From a virus (Duplodnaviria; Caudoviricetes): 48,433 nucleotides of DNA. Under the pieces are notes generated by a model. It had not been told where the DNA came from. It searched no databases and saw only the letters and a program-made list of their open reading frames with translations. Each line of letters begins with the position of its first letter. The first letter of the stretch is position 1. Shown in pieces: positions 35,177 to 45,297 of the stretch. The stretch spans positions 1-48,433 of the IMG/VR virus record IMGVR_UViG_3300033076_001576; one strand, 5' to 3'. The position numbers were made by a program, and so were the translations under genes.

Positions 35177-37157
35177 TTTTGGCTCCATTCATGAGGATGT
35201 CGAGGCGATTGTTCACGACATCGTTGTGATCCTTGATCGCGCGAAGACGCGCGTCGAGGATTTGCAGCTGAACAGCTGCGTCTGCGCCAGAGGCCTCCGC
35301 CATCGCTTTGGCGGCGTCGGCTTCCAGCTTGATAATCTGCGCGTTGTTGAGGCGCCGCTGCTCCATGAGGTCCATAATGAACTCTTCGCGAGCGTGCTGC
35401 AGCTCCAGCTGCTTGCGCTGGGTCTTGAGTTCTTCGACCGCCGCCTTGGGGTTGGGAGGGGGCGGAAGCTTCTTCGACCCGGGGAAGATGACGTCGATGT
35501 CGTCGACCTTGAGGGTGCGAAGGAACCGGCGCTCCACGGCGTCTGTGTCGTAGCCGGGCGTCGCGAGAGCGGCCTGCTTGATGGTGACAGCTTGCTGAGT
35601 GCGCAGACCGTCGCTCACCATGTTGGGATCTGCCATCGGGACGAGGTTCGACGGGTCGTCCAGGAACATGTCGCGAGTGACGAAGGTTCCGCCGAAGGGA
35701 ACCCGCTCGGGGAGATGCCGCCCGTTAAGGAGATAGAGCTTCGAGAACTCCTGCTTCATCGATCGCCAGAGCCGCTTGAAGATGGCGCTATAGATCTTCA
35801 TGCCCTGCTCGACCATCGACTGCATGTTGTAGGCGGGCGTGTTCTGGCCGGGGTTTTCGCCGGCCATCACGTCAGTCGAGCCAGAGATCCGCTGCGTGTA
35901 GTTGATCAGCAGGGTGAGGAGATTGAACAGGACGGCGGAAGGCTCGCGGACAGGGATCGGGAAGATTCCCTTCCTCAGATCATCTCCCGTGGCGTCGACG
36001 TGGTTCCAGCCGAAGGGATCGAACCGCTGGGCGCCGCCGCGAATCTTCACACCGCGCGCCATGAAGCCGCCGGCAGTGTTCATCATCGTCCCGGCATCGA
36101 GCATTTGATTGACCAGCGTATCCACGCTTTCGTTCAGCGGGCCGACGAGGGCGCCGAACCCGAGGCCGTAGAAGCCGCCGTCTGGAGACGGGATCAGCTC
36201 GTGCTTGGTGAAGTACTCCGTGGCGCGAATGCGGAAGATCTTTCCACGAATCCGCTCCACGTCCTCAGGCATCTCCCAGCGGGCAACAATGCGGAGGACT
36301 TCCTTCGTGCTGCGGTCGATGGTGATGATATAGGGCTCGGAATAGCCGTCGCCGTCCAGGTCGAGCCAGGTGTGCTGCTCGAGGAGGAAGAGGGCTTCGC
36401 CGGACGAGTCAGAGGGAGCGGATTGCCCAGAGATCTGATCCTTCTCGGACTGCTTCGGGAGCATCGGAGTCTGCGTGTGGCAGTACCAAGGCTCCTCGCG
36501 GATGTCGCGGAAGGTGCCGGCGGCACACCTTTCCCAGATGTCGTTTCGATACAGCAGGACGTGTTGGGTCTTGCGGAGCGCCTGGTCGATCGACTTGGCG
36601 TAGTAGTCGACCACCAGGTCTTCGGCCGGGACGAACTCGCTGACGTTGTGGCCCTCGCGGGGAGAGTAGCGGGACTTGGTGAATCCACAGCCAACGATGG
36701 GGATGTGGATATACAGGCGGTCGTGCTGCTCCTCGAAGGCTTCGTCTTGCTCGAGAACCTGGTAGGACATGTACCGCGCGACGAGGAGGGCACGTTCACT
36801 TGTTTCGCCGGTGGTGTCAGGGCCGGTGACCTTGTACTTCACCAAGTCGGGGCCGGAGAACAGAGCAGGGTAGGCGCGAGAGTGGAACTGGAGGGCAGCG
36901 ATCGTCAGCAGCGGGAACGCGACGTTCGCGGCGTTTGGCCAGGGGAAAGTCTTCCCGGGCTTGATCTGCAGCGCGAGTTCCATTGCGGCCCGCATCCGCT
37001 CGTGCCAACGCCGGCGACTCTGAAGGTCGCGGTCGTACCCCTCGAAGACAGCGGCGCCAATCTTCTTGAGGTCGTCTGCCCCGAAGCGCGCAGTGAGGTT
37101 CGGCGCCTTGCAGATGTCGTCGGAAAGCTTCAGGTAAGAGTCGAGTTCGAGGCGCAT
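35031..37157 (-). CDS. portal protein
   Basis: KTFPWPNAANV..PLLTIAALQF..RAY, FYGLGFG, NQMLDAGT; follows terL; 708 aa. Confidence 0.9.
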   Translation of the reverse strand: MRLELDSYLKLSDDICKAPNLTARFGADDLKKIGAAVFEGYDRDLQSRRRWHERMRAAMELALQIKPGKTFPWPNAANVAFPLLTIAALQFHSRAYPALFSGPDLVKYKVTGPDTTGETSERALLVARYMSYQVLEQDEAFEEQHDRLYIHIPIVGCGFTKSRYSPREGHNVSEFVPAEDLVVDYYAKSIDQALRKTQHVLLYRNDIWERCAAGTFRDIREEPWYCHTQTPMLPKQSEKDQISGQSAPSDSSGEALFLLEQHTWLDLDGDGYSEPYIITIDRSTKEVLRIVARWEMPEDVERIRGKIFRIRATEYFTKHELIPSPDGGFYGLGFGALVGPLNESVDTLVNQMLDAGTMMNTAGGFMARGVKIRGGAQRFDPFGWNHVDATGDDLRKGIFPIPVREPSAVLFNLLTLLINYTQRISGSTDVMAGENPGQNTPAYNMQSMVEQGMKIYSAIFKRLWRSMKQEFSKLYLLNGRHLPERVPFGGTFVTRDMFLDDPSNLVPMADPNMVSDGLRTQQAVTIKQAALATPGYDTDAVERRFLRTLKVDDIDVIFPGSKKLPPPPNPKAAVEELKTQRKQLELQHAREEFIMDLMEQRRLNNAQIIKLEADAAKAMAEASGADAAVQLQILDARLRAIKDHNDVVNNRLDILMNGAKNESGSSSDTGDGGGVAPPPSDEILQKVPPLASGIPEGAMGPGNDPGTE

Positions 37158-37158
37158 G

Positions 37159-37431
37159 TCAGTATCCCTGTTGTACGTCTCCGCACAAAGCGCAGTAGAC
37201 TTGGCCGTGTCTGTTTATTCTGAACAAGTCGTTCTCGCAGTAGCAAGTCCACACCAGATTGCCGTGCATTACAGGGGCAACAAATCTACCTTTAGGCAGG
37301 TGACATTCTGGGCATTCGAGCTCAAAAGTACCCAAGGGAGCAACAGCTACCCATTTACACTTACACCCCACGCACTGCGCCGCACCACTAAGATGTGGAC
37401 GGTGCTCATCGAGAGAAACTACGCTACCCAC
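37159..37431 (-). CDS. small zinc-finger protein
   Basis: CVGC, CPEC, CYC, CALC; visibly more AT-rich than its flanks. Confidence 0.65.
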   Translation of the reverse strand: MGSVVSLDEHRPHLSGAAQCVGCKCKWVAVAPLGTFELECPECHLPKGRFVAPVMHGNLVWTCYCENDLFRINRHGQVYCALCGDVQQGY

Positions 37432-37432
37432 G

Positions 37433-38887
37433 TCAGTACCCCGTCACAGAGTTCCTGCCACTCACGCGGCGGGGATCGTTGCGAAGCATCTCGAGTTCTT
37501 CCTCTGGCGTGAAGTCCTCTTCTTCCACCTGCGCGAGGTCGTCGAAGCCAAGGGAAAGCAGGGCGGCCGAGTCGAACTGGTCATCAAGGGTCGCCTCGGA
37601 GTAGCCGGTGAATCGGAGCATCTCGTCCTGCATTCCCGGAAACCAGTGAGCCTTGTCGTTCCACCGAGTGCCGTCGCCTCGCATCCTCCGCTGAAGGGAT
37701 CGACCGCGACTCGCCTTGTCCTTGATGGAGACGCGCTCGACGAAGTTGATCCATTTGCCGCGACGCTGCATCTCCCTTTTGAGGACGGGCCACAAAGCAA
37801 GCCAGATTTGCCCAGTCTCCACCCAGAAAACATCGGGGTTGTGGCGTGCGACGAGGGAGAAGATCTCCTCACAAATCTCGAGGGAATCCCATCGCCCCAC
37901 ACGCTGGTCGATGAAGTGGAGGAGGTTGCTCGAGTCCATCCCGCCAACGGTGAGGGAAGTACGATTCGCCTTGTCCTGCTTCGAAATCGCGAAGTCGGCG
38001 GCGGCGCAAACCACCTTGGGGCTGTCGAAGTCGTCGTCCCGCATCGGGATGAACCACTCCTTGCGGAGGTAAGCCTCATCCGAATCGAGGGGATCGTTCA
38101 GGTATTCTTGCGAGTAGCCGCCGGAGTCTTGCTGGTTGATGTACTGCTGGCGACGAGAGCGCAAACGTTCTTCGGGGAACTGCTCGGGCCAGAGGATCTC
38201 CCCGAAGTCGTCAAAGCCGGCGTGGGCCTTGAAGAAGAGGGATTTCCACTCCGAGTCCTTCTGGAGTCGAGCAAGAAGGGAATCTTCGTGGAGGATGGTT
38301 CCATGGAGGCGAACGAGACCCCCGCGCCTACGCGCCGGCATGAGGGCTCGGAAGAACCAACGGCGGAACTTTTCGCGCCGATCTTTGCTTTCAACTTGTT
38401 CATCTTCCTCGAGGTCGTCGCCGATGATGATTCCAGGCCGGCGGCCATTCCACTTCAGTCCTCGCATCTTCTGGCCGGAGCCTTTGGCGAGGACGCGGAA
38501 CTCGTAGCCGTCGCGCATCTTGCAGATGATCTCCGTCTTGGCGTCGACGGTGAGGCCAGCGATTTTGAAATGCTTGATGACCTCGTCGTTTTCCCTGAGC
38601 ACCTTCGCGATGTCACCCAAGTGGTCCTTCGCGAGGTCCTCCGTCGCGGAGACGAGTACAGCGTAGGGATCGACTCGGAAGAGGAGGGCCGCCAAACCCC
38701 AATCATGGGTGAAGGCGGTAGACTTCGCATGCTCCCGCGGAGCGACAATCGTGCAGAGCTCGTGACGGGTGCAGTACAGCTCCCATCCCTGCCGATGGAA
38801 TTCCGGCGTCGGCTGAGGATTGTCGTACATCGGGGACAGGAATGTCCCCGCGAAACCCTCGACGAGATCGGCGGTGAAGTCAATCAC
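37433..38887 (-). CDS. terL: terminase large subunit
   Basis: Walker A APREHAKST, RGL...RPGIIIGDDLE, GTILHEDSLL, QEYLNDP, RNase H-like AADFA...DDQFDS; GTG start coupled to upstream stop. Confidence 0.92.
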   Translation of the reverse strand: MIDFTADLVEGFAGTFLSPMYDNPQPTPEFHRQGWELYCTRHELCTIVAPREHAKSTAFTHDWGLAALLFRVDPYAVLVSATEDLAKDHLGDIAKVLRENDEVIKHFKIAGLTVDAKTEIICKMRDGYEFRVLAKGSGQKMRGLKWNGRRPGIIIGDDLEEDEQVESKDRREKFRRWFFRALMPARRRGGLVRLHGTILHEDSLLARLQKDSEWKSLFFKAHAGFDDFGEILWPEQFPEERLRSRRQQYINQQDSGGYSQEYLNDPLDSDEAYLRKEWFIPMRDDDFDSPKVVCAAADFAISKQDKANRTSLTVGGMDSSNLLHFIDQRVGRWDSLEICEEIFSLVARHNPDVFWVETGQIWLALWPVLKREMQRRGKWINFVERVSIKDKASRGRSLQRRMRGDGTRWNDKAHWFPGMQDEMLRFTGYSEATLDDQFDSAALLSLGFDDLAQVEEEDFTPEEELEMLRNDPRRVSGRNSVTGY

Positions 38888-39174
38888 GTCGTCGGCTCCG
38901 ATGCGAAGAAGGTCATCTTCTTGACGAGGATGCGGCCGAGAGTCGAAGTGATGGCGCACTCGACCCAGCCACTGTCGCCAACCTCCGAGCCGGAGGTCCA
39001 CTCCGCCCAGAACGTCACCACGTTGCTGGCCTCCGAGGCGTTCGACTTGGTGATGGAGGCACTGGCCGTGAGGACATACGACGCGATGGTGTCTGCGTCG
39101 TCGCCAAGCTCCGTCGCGTCGAACAGGAAGTCGAGCTTTTCGCCAAGAGCAAGGGGGTAGGGTTGCAGCATCAC
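38884..39174 (-). CDS. putative fibre adaptor protein
   Basis: EKLDFLFD...DTIAS...VECAITSTLGR pattern resembling small phage fibre adaptors; AGGAGG RBS. Confidence 0.55.
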   Translation of the reverse strand: MMLQPYPLALGEKLDFLFDATELGDDADTIASYVLTASASITKSNASEASNVVTFWAEWTSGSEVGDSGWVECAITSTLGRILVKKMTFFASEPTT

Positions 39175-39971
39175 GACCTCCTGAGCTTGGTCGAGCGGGC
39201 GCCTTGGGAGGTTTTCAGCGTACGAGCGCCTTGAAGCATGGCGAGCTGGCGGTTGCCGGTCAGCCGCGTTGTTTGGGAGACGTCGGCTGCGATTGCCGCC
39301 TGGCCAGCGGCTTGAAGGCCTTGGGTGATTACCACGGGGAAGATTCCGAGGTTGGTTGTGACCGAGAACGTCGCGGCGCCGGCAGCAGCGAGGGCGCTTG
39401 GAACGATGGAAAGCACCTGGCTAGGGGAAACCGAGAACGTGACAAGGCCGGCGGCACTGAGCCCCGAGGTAATGTTGACCGTGTAGGGAGCATCCGTCCC
39501 GAAATAGCGCGTGCCGAAGTAGTAGCTTCCGAAGTAACCGCCGCCGAGGTACCTTCCAACGCCGGGCGCTCCGCCGATGGTGTAGGAGATTGTCGCCTGG
39601 ATTGTTGCCTGGCCAGCGGCGGAAAGCTGCAGTGGGGCACAGACATCGAACAGGTCGCCAAGAGTCGAATCGATGCTGACGTTGAAGCCAACAACACCGA
39701 CCGCTTGAATCCCTTGAGTGATCGTGACGGTATGCAGGTTGGTCGTCGAGATTGCCGCCGTGCCAAACAGAGCCGCCCCCGCAGCAGAAAGCCCGGTAGT
39801 GACAGTAACCGTGTGCGGTGCTGTATCACCCTGCTTAGAGAAATACCGCGCGCCGAAGTAGCCGGAGCCGAAATACCCCTGGCCGAAGTAGTACGCGGGA
39901 GAAGTGAGGCCAACTTTGCCAAAGTAGCTTCCCCCAAAATACCGTCCGCCAAAGTAGCCGGCGCCAAACAT
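39171..39971 (-). CDS. virion fibre-like protein with YFGxx pentapeptide repeats
   Basis: Three clusters of (Y)FGxx repeats, plus repeated T.GL.AAG beta segments. Confidence 0.7.
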   Translation of the reverse strand: MFGAGYFGGRYFGGSYFGKVGLTSPAYYFGQGYFGSGYFGARYFSKQGDTAPHTVTVTTGLSAAGAALFGTAAISTTNLHTVTITQGIQAVGVVGFNVSIDSTLGDLFDVCAPLQLSAAGQATIQATISYTIGGAPGVGRYLGGGYFGSYYFGTRYFGTDAPYTVNITSGLSAAGLVTFSVSPSQVLSIVPSALAAAGAATFSVTTNLGIFPVVITQGLQAAGQAAIAADVSQTTRLTGNRQLAMLQGARTLKTSQGARSTKLRRS

Positions 39972-39974
39972 TGA

Positions 39975-40640
39975 TCAGGTTCCGTCTTTTGTCGCGAAGG
40001 CGGAGCGGTTGCCGTTGCTGTCCACGGTGGCGACGATGCGGTCCTTCGTGTCGGCGTCGTCGCGGAAGGAAACCGTGGTGCCGCCGAGGCCGGAGACCTT
40101 GCCGCACAGCGCCGCATAGGCGAGACGGAACATCGTGAGGAAGCTCTTGGAGTTCTCCACGTTTGAGAGGGCGGTGCCGGAAATGTGCGTCGTGTTGACC
40201 TCGGCGCGGCCAGAGGAGAACGTCCCGGCAGTTCCGCCGAAGGCATCGACATCGACCTTGGGCTTGCCGGCCACACCCTCGGCGGCCACCAGCCGGAACG
40301 CGCAGGCCACGAAGCTCATCGTCTGCGAGTCGACTGTCACAGTGGAGATGACCACGTGGAACCAGGCGCCTGTGGCATAGAAGCTCGCATCGGTGTTGTC
40401 CGACGTGTCGATGCTGAACCCGTGGATGCCGGTGATTGCGTCGAAGTCGATGCCGTCAGTATCCAGCAGCGTGAAGCCGGCGGTCGAGCTCCGCTGCGTG
40501 GTGCTGCCGTTTTTGTAGACGAGAATGTCGCCGACGGCGAACCCGCTCATCGTGACAGGGGCGCCCGTCGCGGAAGCGAAGGTGTCGAACAGGTGGTACA
40601 GGGTACCGCCAGCAGGGATGGTGTAGACTGGATAGGCCAT
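39975..40640 (-). CDS. hypothetical virion protein
   Basis: T/S-rich; C-terminal GKVSG.G.TTV.FRD.ADTKDRI.ATVD.NGNR. Confidence 0.72.
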   Translation of the reverse strand: MAYPVYTIPAGGTLYHLFDTFASATGAPVTMSGFAVGDILVYKNGSTTQRSSTAGFTLLDTDGIDFDAITGIHGFSIDTSDNTDASFYATGAWFHVVISTVTVDSQTMSFVACAFRLVAAEGVAGKPKVDVDAFGGTAGTFSSGRAEVNTTHISGTALSNVENSKSFLTMFRLAYAALCGKVSGLGGTTVSFRDDADTKDRIVATVDSNGNRSAFATKDGT

Positions 40641-40643
40641 TGG

Positions 40644-41342
40644 TTACCCCAAAAGTGCTGAGTTCATGACGCGGCTGTTGAGGGTGGGGGAGCCGCGAAG
40701 GAATTTGCCGCCGGACGCAGTTTCCGTCACGCTGAATCCGATCATGACCGTTTCGATGAAGGCTCCATAATCCAGGCCGACTGTCGTGGAGCCGCCGGCG
40801 GAAACCTCATAAGACGCGTCAGCAATACCGCTGGCGCTGGAGATGAGCGTGTCTCCGGACAGGCCGGTAGGAACTGCCCCCGTCAGGTCGATTGCCAAAG
40901 CAATCACTGTCACGCCATTGGCAGCAGAGATAGTAACCGAGGGGTCATTACCACCTCCACCGTCTGTGTTACTATTCGAGCAGGCGGTGACGTCGGCGAT
41001 CGTAAGAGAGTTGGTGCCTTGGATAACCAAGACGACCATATACGATCCTCCGGTTATGGGGCTTCCGGAAAAGCTCGCATCAATTACTTTTGAGCCGGAG
41101 ATCCCACTCACGTCGTAGCCGAATGCTCGCCAGTCCCTTCCGCTCCCGTCCGTGTAGAGAGCGTTCAAAGCGGTCATGCTGTTGGTATCGACTCGCATCC
41201 CCGTCACAGAAAGGCCCCCGTCAGTGCTCCCGACAAGGCCCACAAGGTAGCGATTCGAGCCAGTTCCAATGTCGGCGGAGTGCGAGGGAGCACTGGCAAA
41301 TGCGTCAAACCAGCCAGTGAGAAGAGGGTACGTGAGCGACAT
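40644..41342 (-). CDS. hypothetical beta-rich virion protein
   Basis: G/S/T-rich, GTGSNRYLV; 232 aa. Confidence 0.68.
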   Translation of the reverse strand: MSLTYPLLTGWFDAFASAPSHSADIGTGSNRYLVGLVGSTDGGLSVTGMRVDTNSMTALNALYTDGSGRDWRAFGYDVSGISGSKVIDASFSGSPITGGSYMVVLVIQGTNSLTIADVTACSNSNTDGGGGNDPSVTISAANGVTVIALAIDLTGAVPTGLSGDTLISSASGIADASYEVSAGGSTTVGLDYGAFIETVMIGFSVTETASGGKFLRGSPTLNSRVMNSALLG

Positions 41343-44186
41343 TCAGACCACCGAGAATACGTAGGTTTGCTGATTTACTGCGTTGACGACGCCGAGGACC
41401 TTCAAGCGCTGACTGTAGAAGAAGCGCCCCCAAGTACCGTTTCCTTGCGGGTTTGTGGGTGTCGCTCCGCCAAGTGCCGTCAACGTGCTCCAAGTCCACG
41501 CAGAGGTCGTCTGGTTTGTTGCCGGCGGCGTTAGCAAACGAATGGAGGTTCCTCCGTGCCAGCAAGCTATCGCCCCGAGCTCTGGAACCCAAACGCCATT
41601 AGGGTAGAAATCCCCGTTCGAATAGGCGTACGCAGGCTTTGCCTCCGAGACGCCCGACAAACCCGGTCTGAAAATGCTGGTTCCCGCGGTCCTTCCAAAG
41701 TCGTAGACGCCAAAACCGCCTACGTATCCGTCATTCAAAACGACAAGGATATCATAGACATCAACGTAGACACACATACTGTAAGCGGACCCGCCGAATA
41801 CAGAGACGGTGTCGGAGCCTTGAAAAGTCCCAAGATCCAAACGGCGCAGCATCTGCGCACTGTTGGTGCGCGGGCAAAAATACAGAGCGTTTTGCGTCGG
41901 GACAAAGACAAGACCGCCACCTGCGTTCTGGTCGATGTTCGAGCCTACCCAAGATGATGTCTTGAGGTCCCAATCCCCGCCGCGATAACGGAACCCTGGC
42001 GCTCCGGCAGAGCCTATCACCCCGCTGTCAGAAGGCGCCCCTGGGACCATCCAGAAGTCGTCGTCGGCAAAGCAAAGCCCGCCGTAAGTGTGATTCGACC
42101 GAGGGCGGCCGTCAAAGAAAACGCTTGTCGCCTCGAGTCCGTCAGCGAGATTTCCCGTATTCCCAATCGCTCCGGTCGGCTTTCGCTCAAGTCTCCATTG
42201 TGGATTGTCGCTCCACAAATCAAGCACGATTATCTCGTTGCCGCGATAATCTCCGTGGCCGCCGCCGGTCACCCAAAGCTCATCACTCCTAACGTTGAAT
42301 GCCCCACCATTCCAGGCGTTCATTATGTTGGTAAACCCAAAACCAGACTGAGCGCCAATCCAAGGTGGCGTGTTGCCGGCACCGTTGGGATTGATTGCTG
42401 CATCATTTGCAGGGTTTACCGCGGAAGGAAGTCCACCAATTGCGGCCCACGTGCGGACTGCCATCGCCCTCCGCCAAGTAGGTACTTCCACAGCCGGCGC
42501 TGGGATGGTGTTCCGGCTAAAGATTATCTGTGCGGTGCGAGTCCAGTAAGACCGAATCGGCGGCGGGGCGTCAGCGCCCTGGCCGTGGATGTTGTAGTAG
42601 CCGAAAATGTAGAACGCCTGATACCCGGGGAGGGTGTTCATCGTTGTCACGCTGGACGACGTGAAGTAGCCGTCGGGGTAATCGTAATCCCCCTGCCCGG
42701 AGTAAACGACTCGGGCGTCGGTGACAGACATTAACTTCGTGTAGGTTCCGTCGTAGTTGATGTCTTCGGTGCGCGCAAACCAGCACTCGATAGTGGTGTT
42801 TGGTACTCCAGAATTACCAGGAACAACGTGCAGAAGGAATGTTATCCACTCGTTGTCTTTCCACTCCCACATCGACGACTTGTCTGGAGTGCCGCCAACC
42901 CCGGCGGAGGGGAGGAAAGCTTGGCTTCCGTTGGGGTACGTCGGTTGGCAATAGGCGTAATACGGAGCTACGTCCCAAAGGGAGTTCATCTGCCGTGAGG
43001 GATGCGTTCTTGTTCCGTAACTCGTCCAGTCGGACGTGCCTACTGTTTGTTGGCTCTTGTAGGTGGAGAGCGAGAAGGGCGTCTCGTTTGTCGTTGGGAG
43101 CGAGTACCGGGCGCTGGGGGAAATCCCGGCGACAATCTGGTTAACGACGCTGATTTCGCTCTGCACCGACCAGAACTTGCGACCCCAGTAAGGACTTGCT
43201 ACGTCGGCGCCACTGCCGGCGGGGATCGGTCCAAGCAGACTTACCGGATGCTGGTGGCGGCCCCAAAAGCGTTTGTCGACTTTGACGCGAAACTGCAGCC
43301 AAAACTCTGTGCCATCCCAAGGATTTTCCTTCGTCCCGGGAGTTCCGCCGCGCGGCGTGTAGGTCGTGCCGCCAATCCAAGGGACCCAAGGAGAGGCTCC
43401 GGACTGACCGGCCGGGTTCCCCCAAATCGCTTGGTTTGTCGGATGGCCATAATAGCCGTAAAGCCACTGGCTGACGTCCCGCGGCACCCCATAAAGTGGC
43501 GTAGACGCCGACCTCGACCTGATAGGTACTGCCCCGCCAGCAGCGCGATCATTCACGGCCCGGCCATTCTCCCCAGCCGGAAGGGCGCTGAAAGGCCTGA
43601 TATACGTTCCGCCTTCCGAACCTGCGTAAGAGCCTGCAGCGTAGCTTTCCGCCGAGGCGGAATACACGCTGTTAAGCCCGCCGGTGTAGCGACTGACAGT
43701 CAGCGTGTTTCCTGAACGAGCGGTGCAAAGAAACAGGTTCTTTCTGCCATTCCCCGTTGCGCTGTCCGCGATCTCGGGGTACGGGCGCGAGACCTGGAAG
43801 TAAAAGGGGCCGGTAACTGCGGGATCGGGCCAGCCGGTCGTATCGTCAATGACCATCGTGGTCGAGCCGGCAGTGTATGCTTGCGCCAGTTTGGCGCCAA
43901 TTGCGCGCTGCTCAACGCAGTAGATGCCAGTCTCGTCGAGAACCCTACGAAGGGGAACGGCGACAAGATTCCCATTCGGCCCTGTCGTAGCCGTCTCGAG
44001 GGAAAAATTCGAAACTTCAGCGTCGGCCTCGAAGTTCTGAGACCAAACCACGCCGGGACCTGTGCTTCGCGTCAAGAAGTCGGCGGACGGCTGCGGAGTA
44101 TCTTCCGCAACCCCAACCGACACCCCGAAGCTAGCCAACCCCGGCGCAGAAAGCCGGAGAGGGGCCCCAATCGTGTGAAGTGTCAC
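41343..44186 (-). CDS. large receptor-binding/fibre protein (jelly-roll-like N-half, beta-propeller-like C-half)
   Basis: 947 aa, aromatic/G-rich; AWNGG...LWVTGGGHGDY.GNE propeller-like motif; fold calls are inference. Confidence 0.65.
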   Translation of the reverse strand: MTLHTIGAPLRLSAPGLASFGVSVGVAEDTPQPSADFLTRSTGPGVVWSQNFEADAEVSNFSLETATTGPNGNLVAVPLRRVLDETGIYCVEQRAIGAKLAQAYTAGSTTMVIDDTTGWPDPAVTGPFYFQVSRPYPEIADSATGNGRKNLFLCTARSGNTLTVSRYTGGLNSVYSASAESYAAGSYAGSEGGTYIRPFSALPAGENGRAVNDRAAGGAVPIRSRSASTPLYGVPRDVSQWLYGYYGHPTNQAIWGNPAGQSGASPWVPWIGGTTYTPRGGTPGTKENPWDGTEFWLQFRVKVDKRFWGRHQHPVSLLGPIPAGSGADVASPYWGRKFWSVQSEISVVNQIVAGISPSARYSLPTTNETPFSLSTYKSQQTVGTSDWTSYGTRTHPSRQMNSLWDVAPYYAYCQPTYPNGSQAFLPSAGVGGTPDKSSMWEWKDNEWITFLLHVVPGNSGVPNTTIECWFARTEDINYDGTYTKLMSVTDARVVYSGQGDYDYPDGYFTSSSVTTMNTLPGYQAFYIFGYYNIHGQGADAPPPIRSYWTRTAQIIFSRNTIPAPAVEVPTWRRAMAVRTWAAIGGLPSAVNPANDAAINPNGAGNTPPWIGAQSGFGFTNIMNAWNGGAFNVRSDELWVTGGGHGDYRGNEIIVLDLWSDNPQWRLERKPTGAIGNTGNLADGLEATSVFFDGRPRSNHTYGGLCFADDDFWMVPGAPSDSGVIGSAGAPGFRYRGGDWDLKTSSWVGSNIDQNAGGGLVFVPTQNALYFCPRTNSAQMLRRLDLGTFQGSDTVSVFGGSAYSMCVYVDVYDILVVLNDGYVGGFGVYDFGRTAGTSIFRPGLSGVSEAKPAYAYSNGDFYPNGVWVPELGAIACWHGGTSIRLLTPPATNQTTSAWTWSTLTALGGATPTNPQGNGTWGRFFYSQRLKVLGVVNAVNQQTYVFSVV

Positions 44187-44554
44187 GTCAGCGTGAAGGA
44201 GATGGTCATGCCAGAGATCGTCACGCTCGTCGCCGTCGGCGGGATGGTGACGCTGGAGACCTGAATGTCCCCGGTTCCGACCCCGAGGGTGCCGCTAACG
44301 CGCGTCGCTCCGCCGGAGGTCTTGAGCTCGAAGGACGCCATGTCGCCGGCGGTAATCGAACTGTCCGCCGTGAAGGCGTTTGCCGTCGCAACGCTCGGGT
44401 TGGCGGTCGTCGGCGTGCCGAAAGCGGTCGCGTTGAAGACTGGGGCCGCCAGTTCGCTGGCTCCGGCGTTCAGCAAGCGGAAGGTTCCGCCGTTCAGAAG
44501 AGAGCACATGCCCGCGAGGGCAGCGGCGCGCATCTCATTCGCCCAGGTTGTCAT
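44183..44554 (-). CDS. small virion fibre/base protein
   Basis: GGAG RBS; A/T/G-rich beta protein. Confidence 0.7.
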   Translation of the reverse strand: MTTWANEMRAAALAGMCSLLNGGTFRLLNAGASELAAPVFNATAFGTPTTANPSVATANAFTADSSITAGDMASFELKTSGGATRVSGTLGVGTGDIQVSSVTIPPTATSVTISGMTISFTLT

Positions 44555-44714
44555 CGGAGGGCTCCTCGATTAGTGGGAGGGTGCCGGAAAAGGGGGTTTC
44601 CCCGACGATGTTTCCGGCGGCGTCTCGGAAAACCAGGGTCCCTGCGATTACGGCCCGGCCGTTAGCCGTCAGTTCCTGTGCTGCTGGGGGATGGGATTTC
44701 TCGGGCAGTGACAT
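44535..44714 (-). CDS. small hypothetical protein
   Basis: AAGGAG RBS before MSLPEK; LVFRDAAGNIVGE. Confidence 0.55.
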   Translation of the reverse strand: MSLPEKSHPPAAQELTANGRAVIAGTLVFRDAAGNIVGETPFSGTLPLIEEPSDDNLGE

Positions 44715-45237
44715 CGACGACTCCTTCGGTCTTGGATCTGCGGGTGAAAGCGACGAGGCGCTCGGCGAGCGTCGAGAGTTCGTCTGCGGTAGGGGCCGCG
44801 GGAGGGGGAGCTTGCCCCAAACCGAGGCTTCGGGCACCGAGAGCAGCCGCCTGCAGGGCGAGTTGGTCCGGCACTGACGAGGGGTCGCGGGACAGTTTCT
44901 CTTGGAGGACCTCGAGACTCCTGGTCGTCAACGCCACGAACCGCTCGTTCAGCGTAATTTCGAGCGTCGGGTCCACCAACTCGCGGCGGCGGGCGGCCAG
45001 CCGAGCCTTGAAGGCGTCGCTGTTGACAACGAGCGACATCCAGCTCTGGCTGTACCCGTAGCGGATTGCGAGTTCCCCCTGCGAAACGCCGGGGTTTGCG
45101 ATGATGAAGTCGACGCAATCCTCGTGCGTGTAGCGCAGCTTGGCGGGCCCGGGCGCTTTCGGCGCAGGGACGGGGGCCGCGGCCGCCAGGGCGGCGTTGA
45201 CCAGGGAGTCGAAGTCGGCGGCGACGGGCGCATCCAT
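44662..45237 (-). CDS. putative terminase small subunit (HTH)
   Basis: IIANPGVSQGELAIRYGYSQSWMS..NSDAF..RL; first gene of the leftward virion operon. Confidence 0.65.
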   Translation of the reverse strand: MDAPVAADFDSLVNAALAAAAPVPAPKAPGPAKLRYTHEDCVDFIIANPGVSQGELAIRYGYSQSWMSLVVNSDAFKARLAARRRELVDPTLEITLNERFVALTTRSLEVLQEKLSRDPSSVPDQLALQAAALGARSLGLGQAPPPAAPTADELSTLAERLVAFTRRSKTEGVVDVTAREIPSPSSTGTDG

Positions 45238-45297
45238 GCGGCGATTGTCGCGGAGAAGCCTGGAGGGGTCAAGAGGGGGCGCGGAAAAGGATATTTG

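Noticed and set aside
35226-37223. Long antisense ORFs (also 2307-3857, 11556-12839, 37646-39160, 6698-8107 and others)
   Set aside because: Shadow frames of GC3-biased genes on the opposite strand; no motifs, and the opposite-strand genes have clear family signatures.
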